Of a stretch of DNA of 64,000 bases, positions 36,841 to 48,700 are shown piece by piece. Numbering within the stretch: the stretch's first letter is position 1; each line of letters opens with the position of its first letter. The notes beneath the pieces are model-generated. The model saw only the letters and a program-made list of their open reading frames with translations, ran no database searches and was not told where the DNA came from. The translations under genes and the position numbers were made by a program. Location: positions 75,020,001 to 75,084,000 of the forward strand of contig OZ296658.1 in the NCBI GenBank assembly GCA_965655095.1, given 5' to 3'. This DNA is from Haplodiscus bocki (lineage: Eukaryota).

Positions 36841-37826
36841 ACGTTAATCTCACAAAGAAAAATGTATCACTCTTCACAGCCATCAATTTAGGTGAAGACA
36901 TTGCAAAAACTTGGCCGCACAAAGAAGACGGTTTAAAACTTATTGTATGTAGTGGTGAACCCACTGCCTGTTTAAAGCCATGGTGATCGCAATATCCATT
37001 CTGACAAGACTGTTGAAACCATTTTCGGTTGTGCACAATGTTTCTGCGTACGCGTTGGATCCCAACTGCTTCGACTGCATAGTGAAGCGTTGACAGAGTT
37101 CCGTTCCTATATTCTGTATAAATTTGCATCGACTGCACAGTGTTGCGAATTTCAGCATAGGACTACTGACGAAAAATTTTTGGCTCGACTGACTGCTGCG
37201 ACTGTAGATTGTCGCATTTTGAAATGTCAGCTCGTATTGCTCCTTCAGTGCCCTTGATAATATGCACCAGATGAACTATTTAGAATTTTTGTTCAGCATT
37301 TTTGATTAGTTGAATTTTCTTGCTTAGTGTAGCTTTGAGTACGTATTAGACTTCAGTTGTGGAACATGTGCAATGAAAATATATTTTATTATCCTTTACT
37401 TTCTACAAGTTTTGTGGACAGAAAAAAAACCGATGTAATAATGGTGTATTCGAATGCATTGCTCCCCTTTTTTTTCTATGGCCTTAAGTGTTACTGATCG
37501 ACAAAGCGTGATGCGTTGAACCGTAAGATAACTGTAATTGTAACATAACATTTCTGTGAATTAAACTCAGTGATGAAGAAGATTTGAGAACTCTGAATAA
37601 TTGATGAACTTGTCATGCTTTTTTTGAAAAACAGGTTGCTTTACTTGAAGCAATAGCACTATTTCACTGTATTAAATGCTTGAAACCGAAAATACTTGCC
37701 TGTTGACTTTAATGAACCTTAAAGGAAAATGCGTTCACAGAATCTTTAAAAAAAGTAGAAAGCATGGTTTTGAATATTCCAACTGTTCAGTTCTCAGGCA
37801 GCTTCAACCACGTTTGATTTCAGACT

Positions 37827-38836
37827 ATGACAACTCAAGTCAACACCTCCCAAGTAACAGCTCCAATTTTTTTGCGTCGAAGCGAAAATACGTTCGTCAG
37901 AGGTATCGTTCTAGTTACTAAGAAATACGACAAACCTTTGCAGTTGTTTAGACCGCAAAATATCAAAAACAAGAGAGGTGCCCTCGATACCACCTATGAC
38001 CGATTAGTCATACTAGGCGAAATCATTTCAAAAGAATGCTTTACTGTGATTGCGGAGTCTGCACAGAAAATCCCTTTTTTGTTCGGGGACACTCTGTTAA
38101 CAGTAGCGTCAATTGTGGACGTAAAAGAACCTGTGTTCTCCAACTTTTGTCTCGGCAATGACCGCAGTAATCCCATTTTACATGTCTTCCGTCCTTTGAA
38201 GTCGTCATTAACGATATTCCATTGTTGCCAATTCCCATAGATCTCCACCCATCAACGACAGCAATGTTTCACTTTTGCTTGCCAAACAGACCCATCACCT
38301 TCTTACAAGCAGGTGCTGTGGCTCCAACTTGCTCAGGCTTCATGTGTGACAGAGGAGAAAAACGAATTGACTCTGTATGCCCCTGTATACAGAAATCTCC
38401 TGTTTCAGCTTGGGTAATGTGCGCCCGAATTGTCAGTCGTGACATCGAAAATGAAGACGAAGACCCCCTCACGGGAGAAAAAATGCAAAGTGTTAACCTG
38501 ACAAAAATATTTTGCAGCGAAGCAATTTTTAGAACTTCATTTGCATCAATCGATTCGCAACAACTGCGGAATGCTGTTAACCAGGTGTCCCAATTTGTAA
38601 ATGAGAATGGAGGGTGGCAGGTATATGGATTTTACAAAAGTTGATCCACAATCGAAAATCTTGCACAAAACGTACAACGTGTCCGCATTTGCAAAATTAC
38701 GCCTGCAGTTGAAATGCCTTTTAACTTGAAGTACAACATTGTGCCATGCAACGCCAATATTGGCAATGAGCCCCCAGCTTTGCAACATGCGAATGCTAAC
38801 ATCGGTGCTCCTAACAATCCGAACAACCTACGATAG
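37827..38836 (+). pseudogene. ORF2 of L3, frameshift plus stop
   Basis: Pieces 37827-38240 and 38222-38644, with TGA at 38642-44 (GGA in other copies). Homology continues to TAG 38834-36. Confidence 0.88.
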
Positions 38837-40490
38837 CTGATCTAGAGTGACTCTTCAGAAGACCGTTCTTTCTCAACCGCGTGAACTGCTTGCAGGTTTT
38901 CAAAACCAATCTCTCCTTTCGCAATCGACCGCAAGGTGGTTGCTGAAAAAAACATGCACAAAGTAACAAGTTTCGCGAAAAAAAGTCAACTGATAATGTT
39001 GTCCTCGTTCTTTCATACCAAAGTTTGTTCTCCTGCTTTTTTTCAATCTTGAAACCTATGCTTCAATTTTCTTGTTTATGATAAAGTTTAACTTTCCAGT
39101 ACTTATCAGTACCGAAATGTTAATTGTTGGTTTTTGTAGAACTGTAAACACTAATGTCAAATTAGTTGTTGTTGAACAATGGAAATTAGTTTGCAGCTGC
39201 CGACGACTTGTCTCTGTAAACTTTTGTTTTTCAGTAGTTTAGAACATTGTGCTAATTCGTGCTGCTTTTCAATGTGGTTTGTTGATTCGTGTACAAGTTT
39301 TGAACTTTTCATATTATGCAATGAACTTCTTTCTTGTTTTGTTAAACTTTACTATCCGTTCATCACCGAACGTTTTGAACTTTGAAAAAATGTCTTGTTC
39401 TTCTATCGGGCTCAGTGCACACTCTCAGTTTGTTGCTTGACGTTTGATACAGTGAACGCTTTGTAAAACAGGGAAAAGGAATAAAACTAGAAAGTGTTGT
39501 AATTTTCTCCAACGTAAGAATGGGAACAAACTTTCATACGAAATTTTAGAGAAGTTTTTTCTGAAGTCTATACATGTTCATTTGCTTCAATTAGGTTGTT
39601 TTCACAAAGTAACAGCTGGGAACCTACTGCCTGCAAATTGGCAACACTGGTGCGAAACTTTTTGAGAAAGTTAAAACCCTTTCGCGGGTCAAATTTTGAA
39701 AGTATCCGTTGGGGAAAAAATTTCAGTTTTTCTTCCCAGAAACTCATCAACCTTGAAGTTGTTTGTTAAAGGAACAGCTGCTTCCACAAAATGGCCAGCC
39801 AAAATTTCTTGCCGACGTTCGCAGTGCGCCTCTTCAAGTGTCATAATCAAATTATACGGCAAATTTTAATTTTTTTTGATTTTTTTGTTTTTTTTTTCGA
39901 AAAATTCGTCATAACCGTCATTTGTTTCGGCACTTTGGCCAAAATTTTTTTATCGTCAAAAAATTATCTTTCAAGTTATGGAGTCAATTTCACAATGGAG
40001 CCGCTCCAGAACGCAAGCTATGTGCATCAATGTGGGAGATATGACGAAATGATCGATTTTCGGCATTTTTTTTCAAATTCGTTCCGTCATATCTCCACAC
40101 TTATGACGATTTGACAGAAAATTTTTCGCATGCGTAAAGGCCACAGTTAATGTGCTTCACACAAGAAGTTTCGACCAAATGCGTATGGATACTGCTGGAG
40201 GTGGCAGAAAAAAACCGCAAAATTTTGCCAAAAATAGGAATCATTCCGTCATAAGTCCTTAAACAATTGACCTAGAATGATCTAACCGGCACCATTGTTC
40301 TTAGAATTGTAAAGTATGCCTGCATACAAAGTTTGAACCAAATCGTATGGGTGGGAGCTGATATCGCTATTTCTACACCCCCGTTTCCACAGATGTAAAA
40401 CACTAACTAATACGGCTCGGCAAAGGGGCCCCTCCCCCGCCTCGCAAAGGCCTGATATGGGGCAAAAACCCCTGACCACCCAGTGGAGGC

Positions 40491-41534
40491 ACCGGTGAAA
40501 ATCACCAGGTGGCGGTCACTGGACAAGCACCTCTGAAATATGATAGTTTACTGATAGTCTTTTCTTCGAACACAGTAATGAGTTTTGCAAATGCCTGTTT
40601 AATACATTGAAATTGAGCCTGTGAAATCTTTATTGAAATCGACAGGACATCGAGGACGAAGCTTGCAAAAAGTTCGGCCCCGTTGTTTCTCCGTGTCGCT
40701 TCGCTAATCTACGAAACAACGGGGCGGGGCAAATAACAATTTGAATTTCGAATTTTTTTTTCATTTTTGGGCCAAATTATGATTGTTTTTCCAGAAAATT
40801 TCAATACCTCAACCCACAAAAAAGGTTCAAATTTAAAACAACTATGCAGTAAGAAAAGTTTGGGGGAAAATGGACAAAAAAATTGCCAGATATGAATTCT
40901 ACAATCAAAACTGAGGTTTTGGAAAATTTTAATTTTTTTTTCGAAAATTTCGTCATAACCGTCATTTCTTTCGGCAAAGTGGCCGAAAATTTTTCATCTT
41001 CGGAAAATTGCCTTTCAAGTTATGGAGTCGATTTCATACTGGAGCCACTCCAGAGTGCAAACTATGCACTTCAATATGGGAGCTATGACGAAATGGTCGA
41101 TTTTCGGCATTTTTTTCCAAATTTCATCCGTCATATCTCCACACCTATGACGAGTTGGTAGAAACTTTTTTGCATGCGTGTAGCCCTTAGATATTCTGCT
41201 TCACATGAAAAATTTCGGCCAAATGCATGTGGTTATTTGCAGGGCTGTCGGTAAAAAACTGCAAAATGAGGCCAAAAAACAGAATCATCCAGTCATAATT
41301 CTTCAACCGTTTTTGCTAGAATGATCTAACTTGCACCATTGTTCTTAGAATTGAAAGTTATGTCCGCATGCAAAGTTTGATCCAAATCGTATGGGTGGGA
41401 GCTGAGATCGCTATTTCTACACCCCCGTTTCCACAGATGTAAAACACTAACTAATAGGGCTCGGCAAAGAGGCCCCTCCCCCGCCTCGCAAAGGCCTGAT
41501 ATGGGGCAAAAACCCCTGACCACCCAGTGGAGGC
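40491..41534 (+). mobile_element. Short module S2 (divergent subfamily, 1044 bp)
   Basis: Bounded by junction 18-mers. The unique part is visibly diverged from S1/S3 but keeps the first ~32 nt and the internal inverted repeat. Confidence 0.7.
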
Positions 41535-42581
41535 ACCGGTGAAAATCACCAGGTGGCGGTCACTGGTTATGCCATTCTGACAATCGAACAAATTTGCTAG
41601 TCTTTTCTTTCAACACAGTAATGATTTGTGCAAATGCAGTTTTTATATATTGAAATTTGCATGTGAAATCTTCACCGACATGGATGAGACATCGAAGATG
41701 AAGCTTGCAAACACTTTGGCCCCGTTGTTCCTCCGTGTCGCTTCGCTAATCTACGAAACAACGGGGCGAGGCAATAAACTTTTTGGCAATTGTTGTGAAC
41801 TTTCACACAGAAATGCCTCAAAATAAATGATTTTTTTTTCGAAGAATAACTTCTACTCCAAATTTTACCCGGAGTTGAAGGATGTTTTGCTCTAAAGCAG
41901 TTTCCGAAAAGAAATTCGATCACAAAAACATCAGAAACCAATTCTACAATCAAAACCGAGTTTTTGGAAAAAAAATATTTTTTTTTCTCGAAAAGTTCGT
42001 CATAACCGTCATTTCTTTCGGCAAAATGGCCAAAAATTTTCTATAGTCGAAAAATTATCTTTCAAGTTATGGAGTCAATTTCATACTGCAGCCACTCCAG
42101 AGCGCAAGCGATGTACTTCAATGTGGGAGCTATGACAAAATGATCGATTTTCGGCACTTTTTCCCAACTTTGATGCGTCATATCTCCACACTTATGACGA
42201 GTTGGTGGGAAATTTTTTGCATGTGTGTAGCTCTTAGTTATTCTGCTTCACACGAAAAGTTTTGGCCAAATGCTTGTGGTTAACTGCAGGGCTGTTGGAG
42301 AAAAACTGCAAAATGAGGGCAAAAAACAGAATCATCCCGTCATAATTCCCCAACTAATTTGGCTAGAATGATCTAACTTGCACCATTGTTCATGGAATTG
42401 TAAACTCTGCCTGCATGCAAAGTTTCATCGAAATCGTATGGGTGGGAGCTGAGATCGCAAATTCCCTATACCGTATGTGCGTATTTGTTATTTCTTATAT
42501 TTTAACGCGAGGCAAAGGGGCCCCTCCCCCGCCTCGCCAGGACGTATGACGGGCGCAATCCCTTGACCACCCAGTGGAGGC
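41535..42581 (+). mobile_element. Short module S3 (1047 bp, near-identical to S1)
   Basis: Bounded by junction 18-mers; same type-B end (GGACGTATGACGGGCGCAATCCCT) as S1. Confidence 0.7.
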
Positions 42582-45500
42582 GACGGTGAAAATTACCAGA
42601 AGGCGGGATTTTTTGCATCCATTTTTTGCTGCATCTATTATGGTGATGTGTTCTTTTTCCTATTCTAAAGGGTTGTTTTTATAAAAGGAAACTGTTGTTT
42701 TTTTTTATTTACAATATCTTACTCCAGGCTGAAGATTAGCTCACACGATGCGGATGCAACTGATACATGAATACACGGACAGTTTGTCTCACACCGTAAG
42801 ATTGGATTTTTTCCGCAAAACTTATAGTTTTCTTGACTTTCTTAAAGTTGACAACAGCAGCAATGAAGGATGGCAAACATATTTCTGGTCGATTTTTACC
42901 CAAACTCAGGTCAAAACGGCGGTAATGTAAGAATTTTTTACAGTTGTCAGCTGCAGAAACAATGAACTTCACCCACCTACCCGTGACCGACTTACATAAC
43001 AATGAACGTTTTCATTGGATATCCTTCCCATTTATTTAATCCGGAATTTTTCAAAGAAATCATTGGCTTGCAGAATGGGTGATGTAACTGAAGCATTTCT
43101 TGGTGGTCCTCCATACCGTCCTTTGTTCTTCAGAGAAACAATATTGGTGTTGTGGGCTCGTCCACGTCATTTGGCCTTTTTCATACATGAAAATTGATAG
43201 TTAGGTGTTCTGTACCAGAGAAATTCATGAAGAAAAAGTTCCGCGCCAAAACATTTCATCCATTATGTAACTATATTATTCATGCATCGTTCAAAACGCA
43301 TTAAATACGTTTAATGCTTCCAGAAATAAAACAAAATGATAAATGGTTACTAGCCATTTTTCATCATTGAATTGAGACACTTGTCTCCATTGTCTCCATC
43401 AAGTCATCGTCAGCCATAGCTTATGACAAGTTAAAGGGCACTTTGATGACGGATCAGTGCTGATAGTAGACTAAATGTGTGTCTTTCTTCTATCAAGTGG
43501 TGAAATTCGTACTTTGATTTTCCTGATTTTCAGCTTTTATCAACAAAAAACGTGGTTAGTGAAAGGAATCGAAACAGTTTCTGAAGGTAACATGCTCAGT
43601 TAAAACGATGCTTCTTTTCTATTGATGTCTTTCAAGAGTGGTTTCGATTTTAATAATTTGTTTCTTCTACAGACTGATCCAGATTTGTCGCGTTTTACAA
43701 ACGTTTTTGCCTGAGGTTCTTGGAAGAGGCTATTTGGTCGGTTCCGACGCACACATAACGGAGTTTTACACTTATTCCAAAATAACTTTTGAATTTTGTG
43801 TAAAAAATTACGTGTTGTCAGAAAAAATGATCATCGAACGAGCATGTTATGGATACGTTTTATTCTTCTGAAGTTTTGTCGGGGTTTCTTTGTGGATATT
43901 GCGTTTTTATATCAAATCATAAATTGTTTCACGTGAACTCGGCATTGCCAATTTCCAATCCCGCATTTGAACCCTTTCATGTAGATACTTTTCGTATGTG
44001 ATCGAAACGTATGAACTGTTCATCCTGTAATTCCTGACTCACTGAGGTCTCAACCGACTTTGGTGAACAATTTTTGGTTTGTGTCGATAAATTCGGCGCA
44101 TTAACTTTGGTAAATTACTTTGCTAACGTTTTCCTGGGAGAAGAATGCTGTGTAACGCTTGTCAGAATCGCTGGCTGACTACTAATACTCTTCATTAATT
44201 TCCAAAACTAAAAGGGGGACTACGCTGTTATCATCGTACAAGAATTGTTGAAATAGTTGATGGCGCATTAGAGACGTAGGAAATTGAAAAGTAAACAAAA
44301 TAATAGTTACTTTTAATGTATCCCATTGGTTGCCAACGTTGACTGGCATTAGAGGAACAATTTCAACAGGCTCGACAAAGTTGAGCTTATTATTGGTTTT
44401 GCTTAGGAGGAAAACTTGCTTTCACTTACTTTTTAACCGTCTTCGGCCTAAACGCTGGTCACGTAACATTTGGTGTTCGCCATTCGTCAGCTGGTGAGTT
44501 TGGTGTCAGTCATGCGGCAAACTGAAAACAAGGGATAATTTCTTAGACATACAGACCGTTTCCGCTGTCAGTGCGGGAATGAAAGATTACGTAACTTTCT
44601 TGTTTCACGCATTTGAAATAAGGGTTTTATATCTTTTCAACTGAGCAGTAAAACGCTGTAACATGATGTCCTATTTTGTTCAACAGTGCAATGCCAGTTT
44701 AATTTAAGCTAATTTTTCATGTTTATTGCTTTCGACATATTTACTGTTCTTATCGCCACCTACAGAACGGTTAAGTTTCCTGCAGTAAAAAGCAAGCTTC
44801 AGATTGATTGCCATTGTAGTCAGCTTGAAGTAAAGGCAGATAATTGTCTAGTCTGTGTCAATATAGGAAAATTCTTCATGATTCTCGGGTGCTCATTAAA
44901 AATAACTTTCGAATATATAAAATCCAGAATAAACTTGAGTAATTTTTCGTTTTTGGTTGTGCTGTGCTGGCAGGGAAGAAAATGATGCAACTTTACGTGT
45001 ATCTGCAAAAGTTTATTTTCGTTTTTGTTTCTGTTTACCAATTCTCACCTTATTGAGTAAATTAATGACAAAAAGTTTGTTTCTCGTGCAGTTGTGTGAA
45101 TGCTCTCTCTTTCATTCCACGTCAAAAGGGGGAAGTAATTGGCTGGTACTGATTATCGCAAGTGAAAGTTTTCGGGGAATTTTGACATACGCCTCCTTCC
45201 TGTAGGAGTTTGCTGGTTTTTGTGGCAGACCAAAACTTGCGACCTGAAGTCAGAAAGTTTTTATAACGGCTTCTCTTTCTTGAAAAGTTAATTTGGAAAG
45301 TATTTTTTTGCTTCTTGTAAATGTTTAGAGACTTTCCTTGTATTTTCAGTGTGCTTTGCCTGTAGGACTTTTGCTATTTGATGTCGGCACGAGTGAAGCA
45401 CTATATGTGAAAGGCATCTTCCCAAAGCCTTGGTTTCGCTCAGAGGCCTTCGCAAAACCAAGGCGCTTCTGTTTTTCATTCTTCAAGTCGCAATGGAAAC

Positions 45501-45750
45501 TGTAACCGTTATGGAAACAGTCCTTTCCTAAACACTTCAAAGAGGTTTGAAATGCAGAAAGGAATAAATATCACAAATTGTATGTCGAATTTATAGCAGC
45601 CTCTGGAGCTCTATTTGTCGCAAATAGGTCATTGGCGACTTCAATTGTTTGGGGTCTATAATTTTTTTTTGTGTTTCAAATAGATATGGTAAATTTTGAC
45701 ATCCTGCTTCCCTTTTTTGTGCAATCCAACCTGCAACCAAAAAGCAAAAC

Positions 45751-48700
45751 ATGACGCGTCGCCGTTGTACCTCGTGTGGACAATTTGCTGTTGCAAGCCA
45801 TGTTTGCTTGAAGGACATTGATCGAGAACTTCAATCTGATGAGCCGCCGGGCATCTTATACAAAATTCCCGACATTTCAATCTCCGTTTCACCAGTTGCA
45901 CGAAGTGAAACTCTGAACTGTCTCTCAACTTTAGGTCTAACTGATTTTTTAGTCTCTCCAGACGTTGCGATCGCCAATGACAGTATCATTTGTACTTTGC
46001 GTCCGGTGCGTGTAACTGCGATTCTTGACGATGGTAATTGCCTTTTCTCATCCTTAGCAGTTGCTCTCGGTTTGTCACAGGATTGTAGTTCAATTCTACG
46101 GAATATAATTGTTAGCAACATGATGTTCATCAACTTCCCTCCAAACAGCTTACAAACCACAATTTACTCCGCTGATTTTCCAAACCAATACCGTGTTTTG
46201 CTTTGTACGTCGATTCAAGAGTACCTCAGTTTGTCGAAAATGGAAGAAAATGGAGTCTTCGGAACATGCGTTGAAATATACGCGTTTTGTCAGATTTTCC
46301 AAATGGACGTATATTTATACCATGTTCCTCTGAAATCCTGGTTGGTTTACGATTTCTCTCTTAGCACGAATCGTCGTGGAATTTTCATTCAGCAAACCTG
46401 GAATGCAAATCACTTCGAAGTAATCAGTGAGTTGGTTTCAGTCGCAAATGAAGAAAACGTTGCAGGTTTACAAAGAATTTCGTGTCTTGGTTCCGACGCA
46501 ATGCATTTCTCTTCGTTAATTTTGGGAGAAGATGATGAATTTTTCAAGTACCCAGAAAACACAACAGGGGTGCCACCAGCGAAAAAAGCAAAACACACTG
46601 CGGATCCATCCACCTCGAAGATACGCCTTGAAACTCACGTCACACCCACTCCAAGTCAGAACTTCTGTAACGCAAAGTCTGATCAAAATTTTCCGATGCT
46701 ATCGTTGTCAGAAAACGGTAACAAACCTGTTCTGGACAAAGAAATACCCAAAATCAAGGATCTGTACACTAACACTGCTACGGTTTCACACAGTGATATG
46801 ACCATTGAATACACGACAGATGGTAATTCTAAGTCTGCTGATGGAAAGTTTTGCGGCAAATGCTTGCGACAATCCACGCTGCAATATCCGTTAAAGCATA
46901 CTAAGAAAGAAAAATCAGATTTTAAAAACAGAATGTTTGGTAACCGAATCAAGGACGCTTTTCCCATATTATGCAATCAATGTCGACTTTACTGTACTTC
47001 CGATCGCATCGAGTGGAGTCACGCATGGCCATCTGTTTTTTTCACGCTTCTGAGTGATGAAAATATGCCCAAGGAGCAGTAGTTGAATGTTTTAACGTTG
47101 TTATCTTGGGAACTGAGACAGCAATGGATGGGATGCTTGGAAAAATTTACTCCATGTGTCCAACAATTTCTCAATGGGAAACAAATCAACGGTAAATGTG
47201 TCGTTGACGGAACCGCTCGTTTGCATTATTTCCAGAAACTGATCAAAACTCTTCAACAAGAACAAATTGCAGTTGCTTTGGATAAAGAACCTTACCCGAA
47301 AGTTCGGTGCCCATTTGGTTGCTGGTGTTTCATTGAAGAATCCGGTTTCATCACTGCTAAACATTTTTTGAATCTATTCGACCCAACTTTTACATCTTTT
47401 GGAGCTTCTAATCATTTGCATCGTAGAGGAATTAGGTCAGATTTCTTGGTTCCAACGTCATCGTTGCGGAAGTTTTTAATTGCAACAACTGTGCGTGTAG
47501 ACGAAGAAGAAGGATTGGTTGTTCACGCTTGCCCCATGCACTCGAAGGGGTCGTCTGTGCAATACCTTCATCCTCCATCACATCCTGTCCTGTCAAGAAC
47601 TGCGTTAATTCACGATGAACGTTTGAGTATGGTGGCACCAACAATTTCGTGGATAACAAACATTAAAGCAAATTTCGCCAGTCATACCTACCAGTTATTG
47701 AAAAGTGTTGGTTCTTATAGTGGAATGAGTACAGTTCAGTTGCGGCGGAGAACGCGTTGGGACATCACCAGCGATATCTTGTACCACGCTGAAGGCCTCG
47801 CTTGCCGTTTTCAGGAAGATGTTAAAACGAAGATTCGTGATTGGGTGAGAGAAGGTAAAATCGTTGAAGATGTAGCTTTGGGGATTCTTGACTATCCTGC
47901 ACAGATTAAGAACATGTCAGACTGTTTGTTGCCTGCCCTTTCTACAGATTTGGAGACTTGTGTAGAATTAGCTAAAGTTCTAGATAAAAATGATAAAGAC
48001 CATTTAAACAACGTGGAAGCTTTGAGTTGTTATTCCTTCGCCCACGGAACCGGCGAGTATGGTTGTTCACCCCCTCCTCTGAATTGTAAAGGCAGCAATG
48101 TTTTTTGGTTTATACAAGCCGCACTGTCTCTGTCACCGTTGATGTGTCGTTCTTTAGTAACATCAGGTAAGTTTTCTGTGACCTTGAAGCCTTTGATATC
48201 TTTGCTGAGAAATGTCTTTATTACCTCAAAGGCAATGAAAAAAACCAGCAATACCGTACTTCTACAGCGCTCGGAAGAAGCAATAAACACCTTGCTAGAG
48301 AAAAACCGAACTGAAGAGCAGTTAAAAGGTGTGAAGTACTGTTGTTGCCATCTCGCATCACAATTTTTGGCAACTGTGTCTGGGAATTTTTGCCACATCC
48401 CCTTAACGAATCGAAAAAATATAACTTGTTATACAAATGTGCAACTTCCCGTTGAAACAACTCACGCTATTTTCACCACCAATTCTCCCAATAATTTGCG
48501 GAGCAAAAGCGAACCTCCGCTAAAGTTGTTTGTCAAAGATGTCGGCTATGAACTGATTGCAGTCGGAGCAAAGGATGGAGGCCCGGCCGCCGAGCCAAGG
48601 TTGATGGTTCGACATGGAGGTGACTTCCAAAAGTTCTGGCTTTTGGAGAAAAGCTGCAGATACGCTAGGAAGATGACAGAATCTAGAACTGAGGCTTTGA

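Larger units (their letters stand above)
28917..36986 (+). pseudogene. ORF1 of L3: 2689-codon single-frame polyprotein with three nonsense mutations
   Basis: ORFs 28917-33338, 33351-34298, 34302-35750 and 35757-36986 are all in one frame (8070 nt). Stops are TGA 33336-38 (TCA in L1/L4), TAG 34296-98 (TGG in L1/L2) and TGA 35748-50 (TGG in the other copies). Confidence 0.94.
25750..40490 (+). mobile_element. Long Helitron-like element L3 (complete, 14741 bp)
   Basis: Junction to junction; directly abuts L2 with no short module in between. Confidence 0.88.

Noticed and set aside
36606-36986. Penelope-like retroelement or a host SLX1 gene as the source of the GIY-YIG
   Set aside because: The domain is fused in frame to the helicase in all four copies, with no RT domain and no SLX1 C-terminal RING/PHD-type finger.
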